A stretch of 64,000 nt of DNA from Nanobdellota archaeon (lineage in GTDB: Archaea; Nanobdellota; Nanobdellia; Woesearchaeales; UBA10107), in assembly GCA_042571125.1 (NCBI GenBank), contig JBHPFU010000001.1:259230-323229 (forward strand), written 5' to 3'. The notes under the pieces are model-generated. The model made no database searches. It was not told where the DNA came from and was given only the letters and a program-made list of their open reading frames with translations. The position numbers and the translations under genes were made by a program. This document shows, in pieces, positions 29,841 to 39,865 of this stretch. The first letter of the stretch is position 1; each line of letters starts with the position of its first letter.

Positions 29841-31055
29841 ATGAAGATATATATTGAAACAATGGGTTGTTCAGCAAATCTGAGCAATGCTGAGATAATG
29901 GCAGGGTTATTAGAAGATGCGGGGTACGAAATAGTAGATTCTGAAGTCGGAGCAGACTTAATAATATTTAATACATGTATAGTCAAAGGACCTACTGAAA
30001 AAAGTTGTATAAAAAGAATAAATGAAATAAAAAAACCTTTGATTGTGACTGGTTGCTTTGCAAATATTCCAGAGTTAACAAAAGAATTGAAACATCCTGT
30101 TCTAAGTACATATAATATTACTCAAATTGTTGAGACTGTTAAGGACTTAACAAGTAGAACAGAAAGAAAATACGAAGAAAAACTTAACATATCAAAGAAA
30201 AGAAAAAATAATTTAATAAATATTGTTCAAATATGTGAAGGATGCCAGGGAAACTGTACTTATTGTATCACTAAACTAGCAAAAGGAGATTTATTTGTTT
30301 ACCCAGAAGATAAAATCTTAAAAGAAGTTGAAACTTCAATAAAGCAAGGTTGCAAAGAAATATGGTTAACAGCACAGGATACAGGATGTTATCCTAACTT
30401 ACCTAGCTTACTAAATAAAATATGTTCTTTAGAGGGAGATTTTAGGGTTAGATTAGGAATGATAAATCCTAATCATGTTCTAAAATTCTTTCCAGAATTA
30501 ATTCAGTCCTTAAAAAACAAAAAAATGTTCAAATTCTTGCACATTCCTGTACAGGCAGGAAATGACAGAATATTAAAATTAATGAATAGATTTTATACGG
30601 TTGAAGACTTTAAAAAAATAGTAAAAGAATTAAGAAAGGAAATTCCAGATCTAACAATCTCAACAGATGTTATCTGCGGGTTCCCAACAGAAACTGATGA
30701 AGAATTTAACCATTCTTTAGAACTGATAAAAGAAACAGAACCAAACGTAATAAACATATCACGATTCTGGCCGAGAGGGAAAACAAAGGCAGCAGAAATG
30801 GAGCAATTAAACGGAAGAATAACAAAAGAAAGATCACAAAAACTAACAAAATTATTCAATGATATTAAATTGAAACAAAAACAAGCTTTGATTGGTAAGG
30901 AATTCTCAATATTAATAGACGAAAAAGGAAAGGATAATACAATGGTAGGAAAAACAGATAATTATTTAGCTGTTGTTGTAAAAAATGCTAAATTAGGAGA
31001 AAGGCTGAAAGTTAAAATAATCGATGCCAGAAAAGATTGTTTGTTTGCTGATTGA
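29841..31055 (+). CDS. tRNA methylthiotransferase (MiaB-like, archaeal MtaB type), radical SAM + TRAM
   Basis: ETMGCSAN, NTCIVK, VTGC, EGCQGNCTYC, HIPVQAG, TDVICGFPTET, C-terminal TRAM. Confidence 0.9.
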   Translation: MKIYIETMGCSANLSNAEIMAGLLEDAGYEIVDSEVGADLIIFNTCIVKGPTEKSCIKRINEIKKPLIVTGCFANIPELTKELKHPVLSTYNITQIVETVKDLTSRTERKYEEKLNISKKRKNNLINIVQICEGCQGNCTYCITKLAKGDLFVYPEDKILKEVETSIKQGCKEIWLTAQDTGCYPNLPSLLNKICSLEGDFRVRLGMINPNHVLKFFPELIQSLKNKKMFKFLHIPVQAGNDRILKLMNRFYTVEDFKKIVKELRKEIPDLTISTDVICGFPTETDEEFNHSLELIKETEPNVINISRFWPRGKTKAAEMEQLNGRITKERSQKLTKLFNDIKLKQKQALIGKEFSILIDEKGKDNTMVGKTDNYLAVVVKNAKLGERLKVKIIDARKDCLFAD

Positions 31056-31066
31056 AATGATTAAAT

Positions 31067-31561
31067 CTAATCTTGTCTCGGGTTTTGTAAATCTGCCCAG
31101 AATACCACATCTCTTGAAAAGTCTAGACTATAATCGCTGATTTTAAACCCTTCATCTTTTAATGCACCGACCAAAGTAATTTCTGGTCTTCTCACAGTTT
31201 TATCGATTTCTCTGATTTCCTTTCCTGCTCTATCTCCAAGCAATTCCCATATCAAAGAAAGAAAAGAAGGATCTTTTGCATATTTATTTATTTTAGCTAA
31301 GTAAGATTCAGTTTCTTTAGAAGGATTGGCTTGTTGATTACATAGACCACATCCCCCCGTATGACTTCCCTTGATGCTAGTTGAATGGTCTGGCTGATCA
31401 GAATAAGTTGACTCAACATTTACTCTAAAAACATCTTTTGGTTGACCGTCCTTGTGATAAGACAGATGAAATTCGTAGGAAAGGTCCTGGTTAGTTCTAA
31501 CTATTATCCCCTTAGGCAATACTCTTTCTAATTCTCTTGAAACAACTTCTATGTGACTCAT
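31067..31561 (-). CDS. Hypothetical protein
   Basis: 164-aa ORF with HTGGCGLC motif; TATA upstream. Confidence 0.55.
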   Translation of the reverse strand: MSHIEVVSRELERVLPKGIIVRTNQDLSYEFHLSYHKDGQPKDVFRVNVESTYSDQPDHSTSIKGSHTGGCGLCNQQANPSKETESYLAKINKYAKDPSFLSLIWELLGDRAGKEIREIDKTVRRPEITLVGALKDEGFKISDYSLDFSRDVVFWADLQNPRQD

Positions 31562-31673
31562 GTTTAAATTAAATTAGACCCCTCTTTATATATTTTTCTA
31601 CTTGATAGTAATGATATGCATATATATAAACTAATCCAACATAATCTTATAAAAACAGAGGATAGTGATTGAT

Positions 31674-32990
31674 ATGCCAACACATCAACAAAAAATAAAG
31701 AGAATTATAAAACAGTTAAAAGAACGCAAAAGTACTAAACCAGTATCTTTAAAGAAAAAAACTGTTTCTCATGAAGTTCCCAAGCTAAAGGATAAGAGAC
31801 ACTTAGATGAGAAGATCGACATCAGCGATTTAAATGATATTATTAGTATTGACCCAAAAAAGAAGATTTGCATTGCAGAGCCAGGAGTCACTTTTGTTGA
31901 TTTGGTAAATGCTACTTTTAAGTATGGTCTTGTTCCTATTACTGTTCCAGAATTAAAGACAATTACAATCGGGGGAGCAGTTGCAGGCTGCTCAATAGAA
32001 TCAATGTCATTCAAACATGGAGGATTCCACGATACCTGCCTTGAATATGAAGTTATTACTGCAAAAGGAGATGTGCTTATTTGTACTCCTAACAATAAAA
32101 ACAGTCTGTTGTTCCAGATGATTCATGGTACATTCGGAACCCTGGGGATAATCTCAAAACTGAAGTTTAAGTTAATACGTGCTAAACCATTTGTGAAAGT
32201 AGTCTATGAAAAATACAACAATCTTGAAGATTACAAGTCAGCAATATGGAAGCATTTCAAGAATAAAGATGTTGATTTCATGGACGGGATAATTCATTCT
32301 CCAACAGAATGGGTACTCAGTGTGGCAAAGTTTGTTGATAATGCGCCGTACACCCACAGTTATGATTGGATGAGAATTTATCACAAGAGCACAAGAGAAC
32401 GAAAAGAGGATTACCTCGAAACTCCTGATTATTTTTTTAGGTATAATAAAGGCATAACCAAGGTTTCTCCTAAATCTTTTTTAGGCAGGCTCCTCTTTGG
32501 AAAATTCATAAATTCTACTGTAGTCCTGAGAACAGCTGAAAAGTTTCGCAAGTTTATTCCTTCCAGCAGAATCCCTGTTACTGTTGATCTCTTTGTGCCA
32601 TTCTCAAAAGTCAACAAGTTTTTTAAGTGGTATGAAAAAGAGATTAACTTTTTTCCATTATGGTGCGTGCCATACAGGTGCCCGCATAAATATGAATGGA
32701 TGTCTAAGAATTTCACGGATAAAACAAAAGATGAACTTTTCTTGGACTTGGCGATTTATGGAATGAAAAAGAAGAGCGGCAAGAATTATTATAAGATTAT
32801 AGAAAAGGCATTGCTGAAACTTGGATGTATCAAGACGCTTATCTCGAGTAATTATTACTCTGAATCAGATTTCTGGAAAACATGGAATAAGGAGAATTAT
32901 TTTAAGGTCAAGAATAAAACTGATCCAAATAATATTTTTCGTGATCTTTACACAAAAACCTGTAAAACAACAAGAGGTTTAGGCAGGTAA
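31674..32990 (+). CDS. FAD-binding (VAO/PCMH-type) oxidoreductase, DHCR24/Rv3719-like
   Basis: AEPGVTF, VPELKTITIGGAVAGCSIESMSFKHGGFHD, GTFGTLG, PLWCVP, KTDPNNIFRDLYTK. Confidence 0.85.
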   Translation: MPTHQQKIKRIIKQLKERKSTKPVSLKKKTVSHEVPKLKDKRHLDEKIDISDLNDIISIDPKKKICIAEPGVTFVDLVNATFKYGLVPITVPELKTITIGGAVAGCSIESMSFKHGGFHDTCLEYEVITAKGDVLICTPNNKNSLLFQMIHGTFGTLGIISKLKFKLIRAKPFVKVVYEKYNNLEDYKSAIWKHFKNKDVDFMDGIIHSPTEWVLSVAKFVDNAPYTHSYDWMRIYHKSTRERKEDYLETPDYFFRYNKGITKVSPKSFLGRLLFGKFINSTVVLRTAEKFRKFIPSSRIPVTVDLFVPFSKVNKFFKWYEKEINFFPLWCVPYRCPHKYEWMSKNFTDKTKDELFLDLAIYGMKKKSGKNYYKIIEKALLKLGCIKTLISSNYYSESDFWKTWNKENYFKVKNKTDPNNIFRDLYTKTCKTTRGLGR

Positions 32991-32991
32991 A

Positions 32992-33636
32992 TTATCTAGT
33001 TCGCTCATAAATATGTTGTAAACCAGTTCCTGGTTTGTCTTGTTCCATCTGTTTACTTTGGTTTCCTACCCGATAAGCTAATTCTCTTGTACCTTTTCCT
33101 TGGAATGCTATATGAATTAACTGCTTCGCAATCCAAAGTTTTCTTTCATCCCCTTCTTTAGGTAAACCCTGTGAAGACATATCCAAATAAAAAGAGGCTA
33201 CTGCATCAGCGGCAATTTTATAATGGGGTATTATTCTATTGAACATATTCATATCTCCTATTTTCAGAACAAGCGCCCAATCAAGATATCCTTTTTCATC
33301 AAACCTAGGTTCAGAAACCTCAACAACCCCAGACCCCCTTTTGTATGCAACAGGATGCCTATTTAATCCTACGCCACCAAACGGGTCATTATCAACAACT
33401 CTCGCATCCTTTTCTCCAATAACATAAATAGAATCAGTTACTTCTTCTAACGCTCTCTTTTTTCTGCTATCTGAAAGATGCTGCGTAAATACATTAAATA
33501 CAGGAGAAACTCTTTTTCTTAATCTGCTTTTATCTACTTTCAAAGCAGTTCTTTCAAGATAATCCATTTCTGCTATTGCGGCAGCAGCACCTACTGATGG
33601 CATTTCATTCCCCCATAAATTAAGAAGAGTATCCAA
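32992..33636 (-). CDS. Hypothetical protein
   Basis: 214-aa ORF, start uncertain. Confidence 0.5.
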   Translation of the reverse strand: MDTLLNLWGNEMPSVGAAAAIAEMDYLERTALKVDKSRLRKRVSPVFNVFTQHLSDSRKKRALEEVTDSIYVIGEKDARVVDNDPFGGVGLNRHPVAYKRGSGVVEVSEPRFDEKGYLDWALVLKIGDMNMFNRIIPHYKIAADAVASFYLDMSSQGLPKEGDERKLWIAKQLIHIAFQGKGTRELAYRVGNQSKQMEQDKPGTGLQHIYERTR

Positions 33637-33762
33637 CTTATAAATATTTCTATAAGATATTTATGGCTGGATGGTGACGATAAGTCAACTTAAAAATTGA
33701 ATCTAATGTTGTTAGGTTCCCTACGAAGCAGGTAGAACGAAAAAGAAAGATTAATAACTTTG

Positions 33763-34863
33763 TTAGTTTTTACTAATATCCGCAACCTTCAATTTATACG
33801 TAAACTCAAGGTTATAAAATCTGTCCACATCTTCTGGGCAAATAAATGTTAAAGAATATCCTGGCTTATCGATCCTTCCTGTTCTTCCTATCCTATGTAT
33901 ATAGAATTCTTCTTTTGTAGGCACATCATAGTTTACTACTATGTCAACCTTTTCAATGTGAAGACCACGAGATGCAACATCTGTTGCAACTAGAATCTTG
34001 ATCTTTCCATCCTTGAACAAATTAAGATGATTAAGTCTTTCAGTCTGTTCAAGATCGCTGTTTAATGATTTGGCATTGAAACCATTATCCTGCAAAAATT
34101 CAGATATGTTGTATGATTTTAGTTTTGTGTTGCAGAATACCATTGCGCGTTTGAATTTTCTTTTTGAGAATAGATTTAGCAATATTTCATTTTTCTCTAA
34201 TTTTTCACAATATAACTTTTCCTGTACAATATTTTTAGGAATTAATTCACCAATACTCAATAATTCATAATCAACCATCTCATTCTCTATGAAACTTTTA
34301 ACTTTGTCAGTCATTGTTGCCGATGAGAATACAATCTGTGCATTTTTACTTACTCTTTGTTTCATGTATACGCAATCATCATAGAATCCGTTGTCAAACA
34401 TCTGGTCAGATTCGTCATAAACTAGGTATTGGACTTCACCAACTTTGATTTTTTTCTCGTTTACATGGAGAAGAAGTCTTCCTGGAGTTCCTACTATAAT
34501 CTGGTTTTTTTTACTTAATGTTCTTGAATCTCCTGGAACATCTCTTCCACCATAAAGCATTCCAACATTAACTCCTATTGGTTCACAGACTTTTTGCATT
34601 TCCTTGCCTACCTGTATACAAAGTTCTCTTGTAGGTACAAGAACTGCCATTTGAATTCCTTGTTTTTTATTGATTTTTCCTAAAAAACCTAAAAGATATG
34701 CAAGCGTCTTTCCGCTTCCTGTTCTGGATGTGAAAGCAAGGTGTTTTCCTTTTATCGCCAATGGTACTATTTTATCTTGTACTTCAAGCGATTCATTAAG
34801 TTTTAGTTTAGATAAAACATCAAGAATTTCTTTTTTTAATCCTAGTTTAGTAAAATCTCCCAT
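33763..34863 (-). CDS. DEAD-box RNA helicase (core only; motif II DESD)
   Basis: Q motif, TGSGKT, PTREL, TPGR, DESD, SAT, ATDVASRG, HRIGRTGR. Confidence 0.93.
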   Translation of the reverse strand: MGDFTKLGLKKEILDVLSKLKLNESLEVQDKIVPLAIKGKHLAFTSRTGSGKTLAYLLGFLGKINKKQGIQMAVLVPTRELCIQVGKEMQKVCEPIGVNVGMLYGGRDVPGDSRTLSKKNQIIVGTPGRLLLHVNEKKIKVGEVQYLVYDESDQMFDNGFYDDCVYMKQRVSKNAQIVFSSATMTDKVKSFIENEMVDYELLSIGELIPKNIVQEKLYCEKLEKNEILLNLFSKRKFKRAMVFCNTKLKSYNISEFLQDNGFNAKSLNSDLEQTERLNHLNLFKDGKIKILVATDVASRGLHIEKVDIVVNYDVPTKEEFYIHRIGRTGRIDKPGYSLTFICPEDVDRFYNLEFTYKLKVADISKN

Positions 34864-34888
34864 CGTAAGAATGAATTATTTGTTAAAC

Positions 34889-35359
34889 TTATTTTTTGGT
34901 AGTCTTAGAATCTTTTTTAATCTTTGCTGCTTTCACGACAGGTTTTTTTGTGTTCTCTAATGCTTCCATTATTTTATCGAGTTTTTGATTAATTTCCTCA
35001 AATTCTTTACCATAATCTTTAGAACCAGAACTTCTAGTGCTTGAGCCTGAATCTTTCTTAAAACAATCAGAACAATAAACTGGTTTGTTAGAAGTTGGTT
35101 TAAATGGCACTTCGCATTCTTTGTTACATGTAGCACAAATAACTTTTGTCATTTCTGACCGGTCTGAACTTCTCCCGCCAAATCTTCCGGAATCTCTTCT
35201 GTTAAATCCTCCAGAACTTTCTGAACTCCTTCGGTTGAATCCCCCTGAACCTCTTCTTTCTGAACGGCCGGAATCTCTTCTACTAGACCCCCTATCGTCC
35301 GATTTCTTGGACCATCTTCCCTTGGATTTGCCCGGATCACGAAATTTAAAATCTCCCAT
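34889..35359 (-). CDS. CxxC-x17-CxxC domain protein with R/G/S-rich N-terminus
   Basis: CATCNKECEVPFKPTSNKPVYCSDC; repeated GGFNRR. Confidence 0.88.
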   Translation of the reverse strand: MGDFKFRDPGKSKGRWSKKSDDRGSSRRDSGRSERRGSGGFNRRSSESSGGFNRRDSGRFGGRSSDRSEMTKVICATCNKECEVPFKPTSNKPVYCSDCFKKDSGSSTRSSGSKDYGKEFEEINQKLDKIMEALENTKKPVVKAAKIKKDSKTTKK

Positions 35360-35435
35360 GATTATTTAGTTAAATGGGCCCTTTATAAAGCTATGGTTCA
35401 AGATATTACAAACTAAGTTATATATATTTCCCGGC

Positions 35436-35636
35436 TTATTTCAAATAAGCTTTGTTGAATGGTCTTATTGCTGCTAATACAAAGATTAGACCATACCAGT
35501 ACCAAGCTAAATTAAGCAATGGTGCCCAAAGTTTTGCTATCATTAAAATAAATCCAGCAACACTAAGTTTTATTAGACCCATATCTTTCCAATCCAACTT
35601 TTTTATACCTTTTTTCCATAAGTTTATTAAACTCAT
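35436..35636 (-). CDS. Small membrane protein
   Basis: Two hydrophobic segments; AGGTGA RBS. Confidence 0.7.
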   Translation of the reverse strand: MSLINLWKKGIKKLDWKDMGLIKLSVAGFILMIAKLWAPLLNLAWYWYGLIFVLAAIRPFNKAYLK

Positions 35637-35740
35637 TTTTTCACCTCTTTTTATTATACGTGCATTGTTAGAGTATATAATCTTTACTAAAAATTATTTA
35701 AAACAAATAATTTTAAATAAAAAGGCATTATTATATTGTT

Positions 35741-36145
35741 ATGTCAGATCAAAAACCTAGATTAACTAGTGCAGTTCTTGTGGTTCAAGATGGAAAATAT
35801 CTTTTAGCTGAAAGAAATAAAGAAAATTATAAAGGATATTGGATAATTCCTGGCGGTGGTGTCAAATTTGGAGAAACAGTACAAGAAGCAGCCATCAGAG
35901 AAATTAAGGAAGAGACAAATCTTGACGTAGAAATAATAAAGTTAATAGGTCATAAAGAAGTAATAAATGTTCCAGGAGAATATCACAGTATTGTTTTTTT
36001 CCATCTTGCAAAACCAAAGCACACAAATATTGAAGCCAAAGAAGATGTTTCTTCGGCAAAATTCTTTGATATAGAAGAAATAAAAAAATTAAAAATAGCT
36101 AAAAGTGTAGAATGGGCTTTGAGAGAAGCAGGCTTTTGGAAGTAA
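35741..36145 (+). CDS. NUDIX hydrolase
   Basis: PGGGVKFGETVQEAAIREIKEETNL Nudix box. Confidence 0.92.
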   Translation: MSDQKPRLTSAVLVVQDGKYLLAERNKENYKGYWIIPGGGVKFGETVQEAAIREIKEETNLDVEIIKLIGHKEVINVPGEYHSIVFFHLAKPKHTNIEAKEDVSSAKFFDIEEIKKLKIAKSVEWALREAGFWK

Positions 36146-36215
36146 ATTCTTGTTTTCTATTAAGTAAATGTTGTTATCCGAAAACTATTTAAAACAATTA
36201 AACTTAGATTACAAT

Positions 36216-36599
36216 ATGAAAACAATATTAGTTGATGCGGTTAATGCGTTTGTGATTAAAGGCGAAGGTATCTTTCAAGAAATGCATGAACTTCTTGAAG
36301 AGTATTCTAATAGAAAAATAATACTAACTAATGCTAATGCTGAAGAGAGGGAAAAATTTGGATTAAACAATGTTCCATATGAACTTTTTACATTAGAACA
36401 TAGCCCAGAAAAAACAGACCCAGAATATTTCAAAACCATGCTCCAGCATTTTAATTTAGACGCAAATGACGTAATTTACTTTGAACACAACGAAGATGCC
36501 GTAAAAAGTGCTCAGTCAGTAGGAATAAATACATTCCATTATGATAAAGATAAAAAAGATTTAATCTCATTAAAGAAGTTCATAGATGAAAATGTCTAA
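36216..36599 (+). CDS. HAD-superfamily hydrolase-like protein
   Basis: ILVDAVN, ILTN, EKTDPEYF, YFEHNEDAVKSAQSVG. Confidence 0.75.
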   Translation: MKTILVDAVNAFVIKGEGIFQEMHELLEEYSNRKIILTNANAEEREKFGLNNVPYELFTLEHSPEKTDPEYFKTMLQHFNLDANDVIYFEHNEDAVKSAQSVGINTFHYDKDKKDLISLKKFIDENV

Positions 36600-36810
36600 A
36601 ATAACAAAAGATATGACAATTGGAGATATTATTTCCAAACATCCGGAAGCAGCCTTTGTTATGATGAAGTATGGTCTGCATTGTGTAGGATGTCATGTTG
36701 CTGCAGATGAAACTTTAGAACAAGGATGTATTGCTCACGGATTAGATGAGAAAAAAATAAAAGAATTAATAAAAGAAATCAATCAGTCTTTGGAGAAGAC
36801 TTCTTCTTAA
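36592..36810 (+). CDS. DUF1858 (hybrid-cluster-associated redox disulfide) domain protein
   Basis: ITKDMTIGDII..HPE...GLHCVGCHVA..ETLEQG..AHG. Confidence 0.88.
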   Translation: MSKITKDMTIGDIISKHPEAAFVMMKYGLHCVGCHVAADETLEQGCIAHGLDEKKIKELIKEINQSLEKTSS

Positions 36811-37510
36811 GTATATATGCTATAACTCCCAGTACTGCAAACACAGCAACAAGTACTACACTCACAATAAACGCTTTGCTTAGAGCAGGGTTAAGCCATT
36901 CTAAAATGATATTTGGAATCAAACTTGTTAATTCTGATTCTGCACCCATGCCCGCGGCACTTGATGAAACCAGTTTTTCAATCAAAAAAGGCATAACCTT
37001 GAAATTAACTCCAGCAATAAAAGATGCAAATGCACTTTCATAGGCTATTACTCCAAGGGCAGCAATGAAATCAAATGATTTTCCGAATAGAATAATTACA
37101 GAACCTCCGATAAACAATAATATCCCGTATAAAAATAGATTTTTTTGTTTAACATCATCAAGCATAGTAAGTAAGTCTGTGATAGGTCCGCCGGACTCTC
37201 TTATATCAATCTGTTTTTTAATCTCTTCTTTTAATAATTCGTCATCACAAAGAGTTTGACCGGGAGTTTGTTCGCATGCTCTTTCAAAATCTTCCAAAGA
37301 AATGCCTTGTGTTTTCAGTTGTTCTTCTTTTATCCCATCTAGATTTGAATCGATCATAGAATCTATTTTTTCATCAGCGATTGTATAAAGACCTTCGCTG
37401 TCAAGAGAGTCCACAAAGAAAGACATCGTGAACATAGAAATACCAAATAACAGAACAAAGAATCCAATCGCATTCATCAACCATGAAAATAAGCTTTTTC
37501 CAAATCCCAT
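36779..37510 (-). CDS. Hypothetical membrane protein
   Basis: About 4 TM segments with an extracellular loop. Confidence 0.65.
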   Translation of the reverse strand: MGFGKSLFSWLMNAIGFFVLLFGISMFTMSFFVDSLDSEGLYTIADEKIDSMIDSNLDGIKEEQLKTQGISLEDFERACEQTPGQTLCDDELLKEEIKKQIDIRESGGPITDLLTMLDDVKQKNLFLYGILLFIGGSVIILFGKSFDFIAALGVIAYESAFASFIAGVNFKVMPFLIEKLVSSSAAGMGAESELTSLIPNIILEWLNPALSKAFIVSVVLVAVFAVLGVIAYILKKKSSPKTD

Positions 37511-37533
37511 ACAGAAGTTATTTATTATTTTCT

Positions 37534-37938
37534 TTATAAATTTTTAGGTTGAGAATAACGTCTGCAGTATTCCATGGCATGGCCCCACAGGTCTGGTTGG
37601 TGATCGCTTCTTCTTTCTTCGCAATTAAAATCTAACCGGTACACCAAAGGCAGAGAGGTCAATCTTCTCGACCTAAACTTAACCCCAAAAAAAGGAAGAT
37701 TCTCACTATACTGTTTTATTACCTGCTTAATTGTTTTCTCAGAATCATCGGTTTCATGTATCCTGACTCCCCAATTAGGGTTCCCAAACAATTCTTCTGC
37801 CCAAGCCATATTAATAGGATTATTTTTAGCCAAGTACATAACAATCTTCCCCTCATCTAGTCTAGGGCAGTATAACGCAATGTAAGAATCTTGTTCAGGA
37901 TTGCACCCGCCATCTATTACCTTTAACATGAGAAACAC
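37534..37938 (-). CDS. Hypothetical protein
   Basis: 134-aa ORF, start uncertain. Confidence 0.45.
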   Translation of the reverse strand: MFLMLKVIDGGCNPEQDSYIALYCPRLDEGKIVMYLAKNNPINMAWAEELFGNPNWGVRIHETDDSEKTIKQVIKQYSENLPFFGVKFRSRRLTSLPLVYRLDFNCEERRSDHQPDLWGHAMEYCRRYSQPKNL

Positions 37939-38076
37939 AAAATATAACTAATTATTATACTTATAGTAACCTTTATAAATCTAAATATCTATAAATTCTA
38001 TAGAGAGAAAAGGAGAAACAAGGCTTTATAGCTGTTTTCTCGTGTAATGAACCTATAAAAGGGGGAAATAAAGCCA

Positions 38077-38427
38077 ATGAAGAGGATGAAACCGATTTTA
38101 CCAACTTTAAGGGAAAAGAAGCGCTATTTAGCATTCGAAATACTCTCTGAAAATAAAATAAACGATCCTAAGAAGGTTTCAGAAGCAATCTGGGAATCTT
38201 CACTTGATTTTTTAGGCACAGATGGGGCATCCCAAGCAGGAATTTGGGTGTTACCAGATAAGTACAAAAATCAAAAAGGAATACTCAAAGTAGGCCACAG
38301 ATATGTTGAAAAATTGAGAACGTGCTTGGCTTTAATAAAAACAATAGGAAAGAAACCAGTTGTTGTAAGAACGATTGGGATCTCAGGAATATTAAAAAAA
38401 ACAGAAAAAAAATTCATAACAGGGTGA
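38077..38427 (+). CDS. rnp2: RNase P protein Pop5/Rpp14
   Basis: LPTLREKKRYLAFEI, ISGILKK; precedes psmA in the conserved superoperon. Confidence 0.9.
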   Translation: MKRMKPILPTLREKKRYLAFEILSENKINDPKKVSEAIWESSLDFLGTDGASQAGIWVLPDKYKNQKGILKVGHRYVEKLRTCLALIKTIGKKPVVVRTIGISGILKKTEKKFITG

Positions 38428-38431
38428 TAAA

Positions 38432-39160
38432 ATGCAACCAATGCAGCATCAAATGATGGGATATGACAGGGCAATTACAATGTTCAGCCCTGACGGAAGA
38501 TTATTACAAGTTGAATACGCTAAAAAAACAGTAAGGCAAGGTTCAACTGCAATCGGAATAGTCTGTAAAGACGGAGTTCTATTAGTAGCAGACAAAAGAA
38601 TAGTTGATAGTTTAATTGTGCCAGAAGCACTGGAAAAAACATTCCAGGTTGATGAACATATCGGAGCTACTGCTTCAGGTATTTTATCAGATGCCCGTGT
38701 TCTTGTTGAAAGAGCACAAGTAAAAGCACAACAGCACAGAGTAACTTACGATCATCCAATTGACATACTAACAGTTGTGAAAGACGTAAGCAACTTAAAA
38801 CAGGTAACAACACAAAGCGGAGGATTAAGGCCTTTCGGCGTTTCCCTGCTAATTGCTGGAGTTGATGAAACTGGTCCAAAATTATTTGAGACCGATCCTA
38901 CAGGCATCTTTTTCCAATACAGAGCAACTGTAATCGGAGAAGGAGAAACAGAAGTTGAAGAAATTCTTCAAAAAGAATACAAAGAAAGCTTAACAATAAA
39001 AGATGCCCTAGAGTTAGCAATCAAAGCTCTAATAACTGTAGTTGACGAAAAAATATCTGCAGAAAGATTAGATTGCGCATATATCGACACTACAAAACGG
39101 AAATTTACTAAATTCAGCAAAGCAGAAATCGACGTTGTAATCAAAGAGAGCAAGAAGTAA
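38432..39160 (+). CDS. psmA: Proteasome subunit alpha
   Basis: YDRAITMFSPDGRLLQVEYA, RPFGVSLL, TDPTG. Confidence 0.97.
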   Translation: MQPMQHQMMGYDRAITMFSPDGRLLQVEYAKKTVRQGSTAIGIVCKDGVLLVADKRIVDSLIVPEALEKTFQVDEHIGATASGILSDARVLVERAQVKAQQHRVTYDHPIDILTVVKDVSNLKQVTTQSGGLRPFGVSLLIAGVDETGPKLFETDPTGIFFQYRATVIGEGETEVEEILQKEYKESLTIKDALELAIKALITVVDEKISAERLDCAYIDTTKRKFTKFSKAEIDVVIKESKK

Positions 39161-39162
39161 CA

Positions 39163-39855
39163 ATGACATTAATAGAAGACGCAGTTGTTGCAAGACTGCA
39201 AAGCGGAAAATCAAAGTTTGAAATTCTTGTAGACTGTGAAAAAGCTTTAGCATTAAAAGAAGGCAAAAACATAGACATATCAGAAGTGCTTGTAGATGAT
39301 AAAGTATTTTCTGACAGCAAAAAAGGGCTTGTTGTTGCTCAAAAAGAACTGGAAAATATATTTGGAACTTCTGAAATAAACGAAGTTGCAAAACAAATAA
39401 TCGAAAAAGGAAAAGTACACACAACAAGCGAACACCGAGACAAAGAAAGAGATGAAAAATGGAAAAGAATCGCTTCTTTAATTCATACAAATGGTGTTGA
39501 CCCAAAAACAGGGATACCTCATCCTTTGGAAAGGGTTGAAAATGCGATGAGAGAAGCAAAAGTAAACATAGACGGAAGAAAAGCAGAAGATCAATTTCTT
39601 GATGTTATCAAAGCTTTGAAAGTTATCATTCCGATATCTTTTGAAACAAGACAGATCGAATTGGTCATACCTCCAAAGCATACCGGCCCTGTTTTTCCTG
39701 TTGTAAAAAAAATGGCAACAATACAGAGAGATGAATGGAAAAACGACGGTTCATTGCACTTAACAGCAGAAATTCCTGCGGGATTAAGAGATGAATTTAT
39801 GGATAAATTAAATGCTTTAACACATGGAGAAATCGAAATTAAGATATTAAAATAA
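39163..39855 (+). CDS. Ribosome maturation factor SBDS/Sdo1
   Basis: KFEILVD, VFSDSKKG, DPKTGIPHP.ERVENAM; synteny. Confidence 0.93.
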   Translation: MTLIEDAVVARLQSGKSKFEILVDCEKALALKEGKNIDISEVLVDDKVFSDSKKGLVVAQKELENIFGTSEINEVAKQIIEKGKVHTTSEHRDKERDEKWKRIASLIHTNGVDPKTGIPHPLERVENAMREAKVNIDGRKAEDQFLDVIKALKVIIPISFETRQIELVIPPKHTGPVFPVVKKMATIQRDEWKNDGSLHLTAEIPAGLRDEFMDKLNALTHGEIEIKILK

Positions 39856-39865
39856 GGTGAAAAAA

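Noticed and set aside
33640-33760. Possible ncRNA in the intergenic gap
   Set aside because: Only a weak imperfect hairpin is present, with no recognisable RNA family features.
35170-35280. Short repeats as a possible CRISPR array or VNTR
   Set aside because: They are coding repeats (GGFNRR) in a low-complexity protein region, with no repeat-spacer periodicity and no cas genes.
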